Shown here: piece by piece, positions 39,097 to 54,071 of the stretch
Layout of the letters: every line of letters starts with the position of its first letter
Position numbering within the stretch: position 1 is the stretch's first letter
The notes under the pieces: model-generated
Seen by the model: only the letters and a program-made list of their open reading frames with translations
Databases searched by the model: none
Told to the model about the DNA's origin: nothing
Assembly (NCBI GenBank): GCA_963693365.1
Contig: CAVNZM010000002.1
Coordinates: forward strand, 12,952,328 to 13,016,327
Direction: 5' to 3'
Length of the DNA: 64,000 nt
DNA from: Amoebidium appalachense
Taxonomy: Eukaryota; Protista; Ichthyosporea
Program-made: the position numbers and the translations under genes

Positions 39097-42000
39097 ACAC
39101 GTGTGTGCGTGTGTATATGTACAAGTGTGTGCATGTGGCACGCGCGTGCGTGAAAAAAAAGAGGCCTGGGGATTGGGGGGGAAGGATTTCACTTGAAAGC
39201 TTTTTTTTATTTTTTGTTTGTTTAATTGTTTTTTAGACAGCCTCCGAATTGGAGTCGGTGTCACGCCCATGCACGCGGGCGGATTTGCCCCGTGCACGTG
39301 TTTACGTTCCCAGTGACGGAAATATAGTGATGACGCAAGCAAGCAGCCTGGGTCTTACGAGAACTGTCGACATGATTCGCAGTTTCGCACCCCACCGACC
39401 AATCACGCGCCGGCCTGATGATCCGATAATGATTGTATATCACATCTGACCTGTTTTGATATATTGTTTTGTTCCATGAAAATAGCATAAGAAATAAGAA
39501 AACAATTTTTTCCCAACATAAACTCATTCCCATTTCAATGTATCCTTCTCTTTTCTGTCTCTTCTCGCAGACACTTATTAGAGTCTTAACGTAGACTACA
39601 AGTCTCGCGAGACATATTCCCGGGCTGGGTTTCTCCGCAACGTCGGTTGATCAGGGCTTTTTTTGATTGGCTTGTCGCTAGATAAGGCAAAATTGCGGTT
39701 TGTTTACTGCGCTTGGATTGGTTGAGCTCTGGTTTATTTTGTTTTAACACAAGCTACTCCCAACGTAGCTCTTTTTTTGTTTCTTTTTTGGGTCTGTACT
39801 CAAGCAACCAGTAACACCCGCCCTCCTTACACCCTCCTTTTACACCTGCCATTATACAAATAATGTACATGAGAATGAGTGTTCAAATCCTGGGAGCTTT
39901 GCCGTCGGCCACGCACATACGTCACGCCCCCACAACATTGAGTTTAGGGTGATCCTTACGTAAGTTACACCCGCAACCGTCAGCGTCTCCTATTGGCTGA
40001 AAAATCATGCAATTTTTGCTTTGCTTTTGCACCCCCTCGGAAAGTGAGCCATGGTGTTCGCTACCATTTGACACGTATAAAAAGGAGCGGCCTGCTCACT
40101 TTATGTGTAAATAAAGACTGTGATCTCTTGAAACGCGGTTCCGTTTTACGAAAGGAAAACCTCTTCAACCGCCCTTACCGTAAAGGTGAAAGACATAAAC
40201 TAGCGTAATGCGTGCAAGCACGTTCTTTGCTTTTGTGTCTCTTTTGGTGGTGTCAGTGTGTGGGCACACTGAAGCTTTGTTCCCTTCCTTTGACATAGCC
40301 GACTTGGGAAACCCCCTCGGCGCCAGGTACCCCAGTGAGATAACCAAGAAACAACGTTGGTTGGATCCCTCACAAGGAAACAACGCTATATCCTAACACC
40401 AAAGCAACCGTGCGTTCGTGCGTATTCATCGCCCCAACCGGGCCTCTACTGCTTGTTTGCGAACTCTTTCTTTTGAGGCGACCGTGGCATCGTCGGGCAC
40501 TTTAGTCACGATGAAGTGCCTTCAGAAAGCCTCTGCTTGTTTGGTTGAGATCTGGCCGCCATAGCTGGAGTCTTATTCCTGGATCCGTTTTGTGTGATGG
40601 TGAAGTTCACCAAGACCATGTCATGCTGTTGGTCTTCTACTAAACGTTGCTTTACCATCAGAACAGGAGAGTTGTGGAATAACTACGTGCGCCAGTGTTA
40701 TATATATGTATATTCCTGATACGTAAATTGTAGGAGTTGCTCGTTTGGCTTGAGTTTGTTGGCACAGGGAGCCACTTACTTCAGCGTGCGGGTTTTAGAC
40801 GAATGTACTCAGCTTTAGCATGTGCGTATTTGTCGTGTAGCTGCCACATGGAATTTCTATATAATAAAATATACATCCTCCTACCACGAAAGTGGGTGAG
40901 GACTGGATCTACGTAGTGGAAGATGCAAATAGAATAAGAATGCATGTCACGGTATCCCATCCAGCTTGGCCACGTGACACTGTATTGTTCAAGCTCTGGT
41001 AGGTTCTATTCTGTTGCACCACAACTCCGGATTTATAATGTTTGCAATACACTGGGGCCCCTCGGGTGGTTTGAAAGAAAGTTACCTCTTGGCCCCTAAA
41101 ACAGAATAGGCCGACGGTAGTGGTAGCAATCAAACTGAACAGCATTCTAAAAGGGCTAGCCGGTGGGAGAGCAGTATATCCACTGCGACGAATCGTCATT
41201 CAAGTTACCACATACACTCGGCACGGAGCAGAGTTATATATATAAAGACGTGTTTGTATACTACAATGTCTTGTGGACGGTAGGTACAACAATGGGGCCT
41301 TCCCCACATTCTTGCAGCAAAGGCAGTGTACACGTGCACCAGGCAGTACACCTACGTCATTGCTTTATGTGTGCAACAATGTCTATCCATCAATGCACAC
41401 GCAGAGCAACGATGATGTGTGGACAGCAATTTCTGCTCGACCCTGTTACATCAACAAACCTCTAGCCCGGCGGCGCACGAAGCCCCTCCTCGGTGGTGCT
41501 ATATGTGTTTACAACACGTGTAAAGCGTGTAAAAGTGTCATAACGAAGTGGGCGGTGTGCTTCTTAGCCCCTAGGTATGCAACGGGAGCACTGCAGTGAT
41601 CACTATAGCTACAACACAAGCCATGTGGACGAACCGGTACCGAGGACTTACTAAGATCATTAGTGTGTTGTTAAGCTGTATATTGTTAGCCCTCGGTTCG
41701 TTCACTTCTACAGATATATCGATCAGAATCTGGCCGCACCTTCCCATAATATTAGACATCCTTACATATAGCCTGATGCATGCTTGCACTACGTATAGTG
41801 TCGTACGTATACGTACAGTATATTCGTTTCAGTAAAATCTTCCGCTGACCCTGCAGTTGTAACCCCCCCCCACCCCGGGCCTCACTCTCCCTCCCTGCCC
41901 CCCCCCCCCCCTCCCCGAGGCCTCGAGCCTCCCCCCTCCCCCTCCCCCCTTTCCTTCAAGCCTTCCCCCCCTCCCCCCTCCCCTCCCTTTCTCCCCTACG

Positions 42001-42588
42001 TGTACACACATTTAGTCTATGCCGGCCCATGATCATCATCAGATCTGGACAGAAACTAACAGAGGAATGTACTCTGAACTTGAGTATCAGGGGCCAGGGG
42101 AAACAAGCAATTGTGCGTGTAGTGAGCAAAGGTCTAGAGCAGCACATGTGCAGTCTAGGCGGGTAAGGCAAAAGGCCACACACAAAAAAATGTGCGCACA
42201 CCGCGCGCGCTCACATGCACAAACACGACACAGACACACACTCGTACACAACTCTAGAAACTAATAAGAGGCCGGCCAATGTGCATTCACACAAAAATAA
42301 TTTATTGACATTCGCGCATATAAATCACACCTACGATCTACAGTTGTAATTCCTGACAATCGCCAACCAATAACACACTAGACAAAAACCAGACAAGTGC
42401 GCCCAGCGTGCGTGCACGTGCGGCACAGAAACAAAAACCACGCCATGCACATCCTTTGACAGCTCATAAACAATATATGCTTATATAAATCGAATACACT
42501 ACCGACATTAATTTTCAAACCATGAATTGACTCCGTTAATACAACATTGGCTCCGCATCCACGTTAAAATTATAATTTTTAAACTAAT

Positions 42589-43024
42589 CTACGTCGTTGT
42601 TTTTGCCTGCGCACACAGCCACTTATCCTCCCCGCCGCTGACTATCAAATTGCTCTCCAGCTGTGCCGGTGTGGGGGGTATGTGCCATTTCGACCCATCC
42701 TCACTGTGTTGCACAACGTAATCGTGCACCTGCGGGCTGTGAAGTACTGCCCGCTTGTGTTTCAAGTCGTAGTGAAATCGCACCTGTGAGTAAAAGGGAG
42801 GAATATTCATTAGCAGCTGCACTGAACGTGTTCGTACAGTGTTCGAACAAACACACAAATGTGTACTGAACACGTACAAAGCACTCAGCCCACATGCACG
42901 CTCATACATCTATGCATTAGCATACCCGCCTCATGCACGAGGAGGTTTGTGTGTCTGTCTGTCTGTGCGTGTGTATGTGGGTGGGTGGGTGGGTGGGTGG
43001 GTGGGTGGGGATGGATCGGGGAGG

Positions 43025-43058
<34 letters not shown>

Positions 43059-43995
43059 ACCTGACAGCTCCGTTGCCATTTCAAAAAGTCTTCCAGACTG
43101 TGTTTCTCCACCTGTGACCCAAATCGAGTTAGCTAGGTGGGGAATATCGACAGCTGTACAATCTCACTTTAAAAACTGAGACTTAAACACAAAAACAACG
43201 GAGAAAAAATCCCAACAATTCCAGGCGCTCCCGACTACATGCAGCGGCAGGTGGCTTTAAATCAGGTCAGTGGCAATGGGCTTAGAAACGATAACAAAAT
43301 TCTCCTTAGATTTTGCGGCCCAAACACGGTTGCATGGGCGTGGGGTGGGGAGGGACAAAATAAAAATTAAAAAAAAAGAAGCCAATTCGTGGCGCAAAAG
43401 GCTCAAAATACGGAGATTTAAACATTCCTTATTTTTGTCGTCCAATGGGCTTGAAGCACAAAAGGTTTATAAACCTACCGTCAATTTGTGGTCTCTCATG
43501 AGGTCGTTTGTGACCACCCCAGCTCGCAGGTTGCTGTTGAGGGCACCGTGTAGGAAGTACAAATCGTCGGGGGTACCATCTGCCACTGTGTGCATTTGTG
43601 AGTGCTACTGTGCAATGAGGTAATCAACAACTGTGTGCACATGTGAGTGACTACTGTGCGCATATGAGAAAAGGGGAGGGGAAAGGGGGGAGGGGGGGGG
43701 AATTGAATGCGTCATAAAGTACGAAGTACACATGAACAACGGATAACACGATGTAGAATGCAAACCGTATGCATAATAAGCAGAGCCCATCCTCAGGGGG
43801 CGCCAACTTCATCCACAGTACCCGAGTTTCGAACCATTCACTTCATCGACGAAACCAAACTCAGATACTGTTTCACTTGAACATGGGTGGGTCACCCGTC
43901 TTGATCAGAGACGAGCTGGGTTACTTATGCAGGCGAGGGCAGTGGGAAAGGCCGGGGGTTTAAGTTGCTGCAGTAGGCAGAAGCAGGGGAGAAGA

Positions 43996-44036
<41 letters not shown>

Positions 44037-44205
44037 TAAGTGGAGCATGGCGCACCATAGAAGAGTCTTCCAGCAGCCTCCAGAGACTGCAGCCTGTCCC
44101 AGCCCCTATTCTTCATGTCTTGAGAGGGCCACCTGGCTATGTGGTTGCGCAGGAGAACAAGTGGCCGTACTCCCTGGGCTTGAAGCTGATTGGCTAGATC
44201 CACAA

Positions 44206-44270
<65 letters not shown>

Positions 44271-44482
44271 GTGTGTGGTTTGTGCACGCGCGTGCTCGTG
44301 TACGTGTGCACGTGTGTGCATAGGCCTGAACGGGGAAGGAGAGGAGAAGAGAGGGAGAATGAAAACTGTAACGCAAAGCAGACGCCAATAGGCAACAGGA
44401 AAATTGAACTCACGGCAAGCAGGCATGGAGGAACTGGTGGGGGGGAAAGAGGGGGAGGAAGGAGGCGGCGGGGGGAAGGGGG

Positions 44483-44516
<34 letters not shown>

Positions 44517-44724
44517 GAAGGGGGAAGGGGGGAGGGGGGGGGAGGGGGATACGTACGGCATCACAATTAAAAGACCTCTGGGGCCCACGCTTTGTGGCCT
44601 TCTGGGGGGCGCACCAACAGCCCACATTCATTCCATCCACTATCAGATCAAAGGGGCCATAGTCCGCAAGATAGCGCTCAAACACCGCTAGTTCTTTCTG
44701 ATGGGCTGTTTTTTTTTTTTTTTT

Positions 44725-44793
<69 letters not shown>

Positions 44794-44981
44794 TAGGTTA
44801 GAAGAATGTTGCGGTGAGAGATTAGGGATTAAAAGGGGTGTGATGAAGAGGGAAAGGAGAGAAATTGGCGGAGAGGAGGGGGCGGGGAACGGGGGTCGGA
44901 GGGGGGGATGGGAAAGGGAGTTTGAACACTATAAAGAGTACGAAATAGGACGCGGAAGGGGAAAAGAGAGGGGGGGAAAGA

Positions 44982-45021
<40 letters not shown>

Positions 45022-45832
45022 AAAAAAACGTGTGTAACCATGCAATATGTATGTGAGAATGTGTGCACGATTTGAATCCATGCATTCAGTTCTTGCATAC
45101 ATGGAGGGGCACACAAACACAAACACTTGTTTGTGCTGATTGCCTTTTTATTTTATTTTTTATTTTAGGTCGTTTGCACAAACTACACTAACAAGAACAT
45201 AACACTGGCCGCCCATTGACGATTGACCAGCCCCTTTGTTACCCTAAATATATGTATCGGGGGGGCAGAATACGATTGGGTAAATCGTCTTCTTGATGTC
45301 TCCGGTACGTAAGATTTCAAGTTCTACACATCAAACGAGCATCCATCAATAAATATATAAACACTCACCATGCAATTAACGTGCAACATGCATCAAGATC
45401 ATGCAACATAATGAAATTTCGGTCGATCAATCACGTACCTATCCCGCGGCGGTGCACCAACTCTTTGATCTCATTGGCTAACCGGGTAAGCCTATCAGAT
45501 GGCAGCAGAAGTTCTTCTAGCTTCTGCCCACAGCACTTGCACTGCCCACTGTGTGCAGCTGTCAGTATTTGTTCTTGAAAATTGTTAAGGTTTTCTTTGG
45601 GCCATATGTGTTGGGGTGAGTGTTTCAGGCCACTTCATTCGCGCTAAAAGTTGCCCATTCGGCCAAAAACAATTCTGAAGTTTCATTTCAATCGTGTTAA
45701 AAGTTCCCCGTTCGATCACGTAGCTTCTCTAAACACTAGATTTACCGCTCGTCCTTGCTGAATAGGTTAACATTCATTCATTGCAGACATGTGTGATTGA
45801 CGCTAAGCCTCCAAAAAAAAGAAAAGAGGGAG

Positions 45833-45877
<45 letters not shown>

Positions 45878-46541
45878 GAAGAATGTGTCACAGAAAACGA
45901 AGTACATATTCATCACGAACAACACATTGCAGAGTACAAACCACAAAAAAAGGTTACGCAAATCGAGCAGAGCCCATTCTCAGAAAATAAGGGGGGGGGG
46001 GGGGGGGGGGGGGGATTGGTTACCTTTCGCTAATTGTTGACTGTTCTACCTTCCACTCCACTCCCATCGGCTTACTGCAAACAGCCATTTGATTAAACCA
46101 CATGCTCGCATTTTAATCGATTTACTTAAAATCATGCTCTATGACAAAACCTTAAATGGCATTGGTCAACCCCGCCAATTCCCTTAAAATCTCTTCAGCA
46201 CTTCCACGAGAATACAGATACACAAAAGAACACTGCATGCAATAACACGCATCCGCACACGTGCATTACTGCAAAGGTGCGTGTACGTGCACGTTACAGG
46301 GACATGGGTACAAAGATATGCCCAATGCAACAGGCACACATGCAGTTGCACATGCTTCTTTAGAACGAGCCTATGTCGTATCCGCACCCCCTACATCCGT
46401 TTCTCCCACTCTTCCACTCTCTCATCTCCCTCTCTCTCTTTTCCGCTCATTCTCTCATCCCTCTCCCTCTCCCTCTTTCTCTCTCACACACTCTCTTTCT
46501 CTCCTCCCCCCCTCCCCCCTCCCTCCCTCCCTCCCTCCCTC

Positions 46542-46572
<31 letters not shown>

Positions 46573-46591
46573 GCCTCTCCCTCCCTCTCTC

Positions 46592-46636
<45 letters not shown>

Positions 46637-46703
46637 ATGTGTGTGTGTGTGTGTGCGCGCGCTCGAGCGCGCGCCTGTTAGTACCTGCGGAAGTTCGTCC
46701 CTG

Positions 46704-46743
<40 letters not shown>

Positions 46744-48178
46744 CCTGTGCAAGTGGGAGTGGATGGGCATTTGCGTTTCAGAATGCAGACTGACAAGCAG
46801 AAGGGGGGAACTGGGTGCCGCGGGAGGGTGGGTGGGTGGGGGGGGGGGGGGGGGGGGGGGGGCCAATGACCGTGAGAGCGAGGGCGGAGGGGAAGCAGGC
46901 AGAGTGAGAAATGGGGATAATTGTACAAGGGGAGAGGGCCAAAGAGCATTAAGGGAGGCGGGGAGCGGGGGGGGGGGGGGGGGGGGGGAAGGGGAAAAGG
47001 GGGGATATAGTGCACGTACGTGCGTGTGAACCAATCAGTGATGCTCTGCATGTCTTTGGGGGCCACCATCACCCCCCTCTGTCTCATTTCCCAGAGCACG
47101 GCAAATCCCTTGGCCCGGTTAGAGGGCTCCTGGGCTCGTGTGCACGCTTCAAACATGGGCGCAAATGTGGCGCTATCTGGGAGAACCTGGGTGGAAGGAG
47201 GGAATTAAGAATTAAAAGAAAAGTTAAAATATGGAATGAGGGGAATAAAAGGTAAGATTAAGTCAATAAATATGAATGGGAGATGGGAGGAAAAAAATGA
47301 TGTGATATCGGGCTATGTGATGATATGGTGGGAGGGAAAGGAAACTAAAATAAAGCTAAAATAATATAAGGGGAGGAACAAAAGGTGACGTAACGTTAAT
47401 ATATATGAATAGGGAATAATAACGATGTGATATCTCGGGCTATGTGATGATACGGGGTGAGGGATGGGGGGGGGTTTGAATGCGTCAAAAAGTACGAAGT
47501 ACACAAGAACAAACGGATAACACGATGCAGAATGCAAGCCATACATAAAGAGTATGCATAATAAGCAGAGCTCATCCTCAGGGGGGGCCCACGTCATCCA
47601 CAGTACCCGAGTTTCGACCTATTCACCTCGTTAACGAAACACACGTCAGATACTGTTTCACTTGAACATGGGTAGGTCACCCGTCTTGATCAGAGACGAG
47701 CAGGGTTGCTTGTGCAGGCAAGGGCAGTGGGAAAGGCCGGGGGATTAAGTTGCAGCAGTAAGCAGAAGCAAGAAAAATATAGATAGGAACTCAGGAGACG
47801 GGGCTTCTAGGAAGCTCCCCCGTCGCTACCTAAGTCGATACTTCCCTGGCTAACATACTACACCAGCTGAAAAGAATTAAGTCCCGAAGGCTGCAGAATT
47901 CGCAATCAGAGGGGAAGATATGAGATTTGACCCATGCCGCAGGGTAGTAACACGCTTACTAGGGCGGAACTTTATCGTCTTCGAACGGAAAGCTATGCCC
48001 CCGGATGTCAGCCGGAAATATGGTATCACCCATTGCTTTGGGCTTGAAAAAAAGCCAAATCGATAGTCCGAGTTATGTTACGCCGGCGGGTAACATGCCG
48101 CATGGGTTCCAAGGGAGCTGTCGCCAACAGAGCGGTGTGTGCATGCGTGCGCGTAACGCAATGTGTGAAGTGTGGGGA

Positions 48179-48216
<38 letters not shown>

Positions 48217-48681
48217 GGTAAAAAGGAGTACACGAGGCACTGTCTGGGAGAGCCTGGGTGGACGGACAGATTTAGAAGAAAAATGGAGTTAAAAAAAAAA
48301 GGGGGGGTAACAAAAAGTGATATCGGGCTATGGGATGATACAGGGTGAGCGAAGGGGAATAAAAGAAGAAGAAAAAAGAAAATAAATTGAATGCAAATAA
48401 GAAAAATGGGAGTGTGTGTGCATGGGGACACAAACATAGACACACACACTTTCCGACACACGTACACTAACACACATTCGCACACACACACAAATATTCG
48501 CACGTGCACATTCACACACGTACAAGCATGCAAGTACACACCTACACTTTCAAAAAGCAACATGCACGCACACAGACTTGACACACTTAATTACGTGAGA
48601 TATCACGAAGGCATCGTGTTCTCTCTCTCTCCCTCCCCCCCCCCCCCCCCCCCCAAAAAAAAAAAAAAAAAAAAAAAAAAC

Positions 48682-48737
<56 letters not shown>

Positions 48738-49061
48738 ACCCACACCCACACACCCACACACACACACACCCACCCACCCACCCATTCACCCACACACACC
48801 TCCACCCTTCTCCCTTCCTCCCCACCCCCCCCCCCCCCCCCCCCCCCCCCACCCCCTCACCTTTCCCCGTTCCATAACCCGACCATGCACAAGTGATGGC
48901 CTCCTGCTATGAAATTTCTTCTCGATTTACTTAACTATCCCCCTCCCCTCTCGATTTACTTAACTATCCCCCTCCCCTCATCCCCCCGCCTCCCCCCCCC
49001 CCCCCCCCCAAAAAAAAAAGTCTCCAAAACTCCTCAAATCCCCCCCCCCCCCCCCCCCAAC

Positions 49062-49102
<41 letters not shown>

Positions 49103-49429
49103 ACATCACCAGCACCACCATCACAGCCATCCCCAAACCCATGCATTCACTCATTCAATCAACTAAAGAAATGAGGAACAGAGCAGGACCAAATTGAACA
49201 AAAAACAAAAAAAGATAAAGTAATATAGAATAAAATACAACTAAAATATAAATAGAAACGCTCACCGACTGTTTGTCCATATCCCCCAAGAGTTGCAATG
49301 CTGATCTGATGCCGTCCGGCCCAGACACAAGTGCTGTATTACCCCCCCCCCCCCCCCAAAAAAAAAAAAAAAAAAAAAAAAAGACGCTCATAGTTAGCAT
49401 CACGATTTCCATACAATTCATCATTCTTC

Positions 49430-49460
<31 letters not shown>

Positions 49461-50123
49461 AAAAAAAAAAAAAAAAACTTCCCGCCATCCCCCCTCCCTA
49501 CGGCAGTTCTTTTTCTTCCCTCTTTGTTTCCACCACTCTTCCCTTTTTCCCCAATCCCAATTGGTGGTCTAACCCATGCCCACACACACACACAAACAAA
49601 TAAAGAACAGACATGCAGCAAGTAGAAATGAAAGGGGGGTTTCGCGGCACATAACAAACAAAGACGGAGGTGAGCAGCTTAGAACGTGATGGAGGGGTGG
49701 GTGTGGGTGTGTGTGTATGTGAGTGTGAAGGGGGGGGGGGGAGAACACCGTCACACTGGCACTTGCACACACACGATTACACGAGCACACAAACGCTTCA
49801 AGAAAGAAACTGGCGGGTGGAGCGCCCCCCCGGGCATCCGGGGTGTGTGGTGTCTACTGTACGTGTGTGTGTGTGTGTGTGTGTACATCTGTGTGTGTAT
49901 TGGGGGGGGGGGGGGGAGGGGGGGGGGGAGGGGGGGGGGGGGGGGGGCTAGCATGCCTGGCATTACTGAATTGTAGGCCCTTAACCTCAAGTCAATGTCT
50001 TTGTCTTTCATTTGGCCCATCACTTGGAATGCTTGCTCCTGTGAACATCTGTGGTTAGAATTCGGTCCCTAATATTCTCTCCCCCTTCCCCCCCCCCCCT
50101 CCCCTCCCGCACACACACACACA

Positions 50124-50189
<66 letters not shown>

Positions 50190-51261
50190 ATAATAAACCC
50201 ATGAGACAGCCACTCTAATTATCGCACTTAAAAAACATCCACAAAATACGGCTTGATATCAGGCACGCCAACTAGCGCGTGTGCACAAACAAACACAAGT
50301 CCAAATTGCTGACTGATTTTAATACCTAGCTATCCTCTCCCACCCTTCTCCGTATGCACGTATGCACGTATGCACGCACGCACGTACGCACACAGACACC
50401 ACCACCACAACCACCACCAAAAACCGTGTGTGTGTGTGCGCGTGCGTGTGTGCGTGCTTTCACTTGTGCATGCCGTGCACACGCCTGCCTCCCCAAGCCG
50501 GTCTCCATACATTTATGTGCCGAGGCTTCCAGGTGTATGTGCCGTGTATGTGTGCATGTATGTGTGCATGCATGTTTGCATGTGTGTGCAGCTGTATATG
50601 TGCACATACGTGTGTGCACGTGCAGCCCCACCCACCAGCATGCCCGAAGCTGCATATGCCTGCATCAACATTATGTATCTGTTCTCGGGAACTTTCGGCC
50701 GGATGGACTCCAACATCTTGAACGTAGACTCGGATTCAGCCAACCTGCAAGGTGAAAAAAAAAAGAAAGAGGCAGCACTCCATGATTAGTCGCACAACTT
50801 GAAAAATAAAGTGGAGTTATGATTGGGTGTGCGGATACTTTAAAGAATATTGGTAGATCTTACGAGTCGGCGTGTAAATCAATATACACGTCTAAGTAGA
50901 GTAGCAATTAGGTGTGCAGTACACGATGTATGACACTACAAGAAACAACCAGAATTAACAATTTGTGTGATACACTATGTAATACAATACCAAAATAAGT
51001 AGAGAAATAACTAGGTGTAATACACTATGTATTACATTACCCACAAATTAGTAGAGTAATCACTAGCTGTAAGACACTATGTAATACACTAGATAAAAAC
51101 AAATAGAGTAATAACTAGGTGTGTAAAAAAAGCTTGAGATACAATGTGCTGTGATAGGTTCGAAACATTAAAAAGCGTGCGAGGAAGTAACTAGTGCAAA
51201 CGGGGCTCGGCCAATGTGTGTGTTTGAGTGTGTGGCTGTGTGACAGCGTTTCTGCCCATTT

Positions 51262-51336
<75 letters not shown>

Positions 51337-51938
51337 AGAGAGAGAGAGAGAGAGTGTGTGTGTGTGTGTGTGTGTGTGCGTGTGTGCACCTACTTGGGTA
51401 AATGTGTGCATGTGTCCAGTGCTTAGATGGGGATGAGTGTGTGTGTGTGATGTCTGTGTGTGCGCGGGCGCGCACGCGAGTGTGCCTGCGCGTTATGCGT
51501 GTTTGTGCGCGGGCGCGCGCCCGCGTGTGTGCCTGTGTGTGCGTGTGTGCGCACGTTTGCGTGTGCGAGCATGTTTGCGTGTTCGCGTGTGTATTTGTGT
51601 GCTGCGTGCATGCGTCCGTGTGTGTGTGTTTTTGTGTGTGCGTACACACACCATCTAACAAGCCTACCACGCAGAACCGGTCATTCAAATACTAGCGCGC
51701 ATTCACAATTCCCACACACTCTTCCCCCACAACTCCATATATCCCTCACCCATCCCCCGAACTTCCATATATGTGCACCCACCTTCCATTTTTGGAATAC
51801 AGATAGAGCATTCTTTCGTGTGCAGATTCGCTTAGTTCAAGTCCGGCTGCTTTTATCTCCTCCAGAATCTCCAATCCTTGGGCAAGCTGTTTTATGGGGA
51901 AAGAGGTGGGTTAAAAAGAAAAAAACGGGAGAGGGCGG

Positions 51939-51979
<41 letters not shown>

Positions 51980-52764
51980 GTGAGTGAGAGAAAGGTTGTG
52001 GTTGTGTGCCTGTGTGCTCGCGGATAGGTTTATCTGTGTGTGTGTCTGTGCCTCGAAAGGCGTCAGCGCCAGAGTGTTTGAAGGGAGGAGAGAAGACATG
52101 GGCTGTTTTTTTTTGTGGGGTGGGGTGGGACGGGGGGGGGGGGGGGGGGGGGGGTTGAACTTGGTAGGGTTAGTCAAAAAAAAAAAAAAGAGAAATGCAA
52201 TGAAGGGTTTAACTGTGGGCAGACTTAGTGTCGAGGGGGAGGAAATGCTTAATGCCCGTACAAACCGGCAAAGGGGGGAGCGGGAGGGGAGGGGGGAAAG
52301 AGAAGTGGGGGAGAGAGGTGGAGGGGAGGAGGGAGGGGGGAAGGAGGGGGGGTGAAGGGAGGGGGGAGGAGGAAGTCGGGCGGGGGGGGGGGAGGGGGGG
52401 GGGGGGGGGGGGGAGGGGGGGGGGGGGGGGGAGGATGTTGCTGTTTGTATAAGGTGGTGGGAAAGGGACGGACTGAGCACAGAATATGGTGGTGGTGATG
52501 GTAATGGTTGGGGACTGGGTGGGTTTGTGGGTGGGTAGGTTGTGTGTGTGTGTGTGTGTGTTGGGGGGGGAAAGGGAGGGGGGGGGGGGGGGGGGGGGTG
52601 ACTGGGTGGGTTGGGTAGACGAGCGCCCAGCACGTGAACGAAATAACATCTCTATTTCCCCCCCTCCCTCCCTCCCCCCTCCTCCCCCCCCCCCCTCCCC
52701 CCACCCCACCGACCCACCCACGTGATGTTTTTTCTGCCTCGTTACTCTCAATCACACCCCCAGC

Positions 52765-52800
<36 letters not shown>

Positions 52801-53596
52801 AAGAAGAAGGAGGAGGAGGAGGAGGAGGAGGAGGAGGAGGAGGAGGAGGAGGAGGAGGAGGAGGAGGAGGAGGAGGAGGAGGAGGAGGAGGAGGAGGAGG
52901 AGGAGGAGGAGGAGGAGGAGGGAAGGAGGAGGAGGAGGAAGAAGAACCCACACACACACAGACACACACAAAATGGAGAAACCTCCACACGCACAAAAGA
53001 AGTGGACATGATTTTCCCCTCACCGACTGCCTTGTCTTTTAGCCTCAGCGTCCCCCTTCCCCCTCCCTCCCCCCCCCCCCTCCTCCTCTCCCCCTCACCC
53101 CTCTCCCCCACCCCCTCCCACCCCGTCCCCCACAGAAAAATTAGCACACACAGCAGGTACTCACATCGTTCACTTTGCATGCCATGTTGAGCTTAAACAA
53201 AAGCTCCCCCTGAATCGACTTCTCCCTCTTCCCTCTCCTCTTCTTTGTATCCGCATTCTTTGGCTGTCCCCCTCTCTCCCCTTGCGAGAAAGCGGCCGAC
53301 TGGAAACTTCTGGAAGCCCATGCTGCACACAGTACCTACTGTCAGCCATTAAAAACGGCAGAGACCCTCAGAGAAAGCTGGGGAAGAGTGGGGGGGGGGG
53401 GGGGGGGGGGGGGGAGGGGGGGGGGGGGGGGGGGGGGGGGGAGGGGGGGATGGGATGATGAAAGCGGATGAAAAAGGTGATGGGGTAACTACGCTGGTTG
53501 AAAGCACTGAGGGAGGGAGAGTAGAGGTGAGGATGACAGCAACGGGTTTGGGGGCTGGGAAAAGGGTCGGGGTTGTGAAACGGGGCGGGTGGAGGG

Positions 53597-53649
<53 letters not shown>

Positions 53650-54071
53650 CGGGGCTGTGGGGGTGGAAAACGGGGAAGAAGGACCATGCCTGATGATAAA
53701 CCCCTCACACGAATCTCCCCATCCTCTCCTTTCCGTCCCTCCCCCTACCCTCCCCCCAGCCCCCTACTTCCTCTCCACTCCGCCCCTTCTCGCACACTGC
53801 CACCCAGGCACCCCACCTACCAACCCATTAACCTTTGGATCCAACATGTGCACGCAAGTATGCACGCACACACACACACACGCACGCCCACACCCACGCA
53901 CACACACATTTTCCTCTTTCCCCTAATATCATAGCCAAACCCACCTTTCCCACTCCATGCCCATGGTCTCGTGCTCGCAGCAGCCAAAAGACCCCCAGTG
54001 GCAGCTGTTTGCGCAAACGCAGCCACGCCTGGTGCAGCGGCGCGGAACACGCGTAACAGCGGTGTTGCCAT
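42589..54071 (-). CDS. PRORP: Protein-only RNase P (PPR + zinc + NYN nuclease), probably mitochondrial
   Basis: Spliced exons give a presequence-like [14 protein letters not shown]..., then [25 protein letters not shown]-like helices ([13 protein letters not shown]; [13 protein letters not shown]) and CKCC. NYN motifs [18 protein letters not shown] and [10 protein letters not shown] follow, then KWQRSCQ, and C-terminal WHIP...WLC with a stop at 42589. Confidence 0.93.
47475..48165 (-). mobile_element. Longest copy of the poly(C)-terminated repeat, with a possible 5' extension
   Basis: 47475-47785 aligns to 24716-25025. A further ~380 bp of unique, stop-interrupted sequence extends toward a G-run (C-run on the minus strand) at ~48180. 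Confidence 0.7.
52808..52939. repeat. (GGA)n trinucleotide microsatellite in a PRORP intron
   Basis: A run of over 35 GGA units. Confidence 0.95.

Noticed and set aside
50930-51125. ~50-bp degenerate repeats resembling a CRISPR-like array
   Set aside because: An ordinary diverged minisatellite with no unique spacers, no cas genes, and a eukaryotic intron context.
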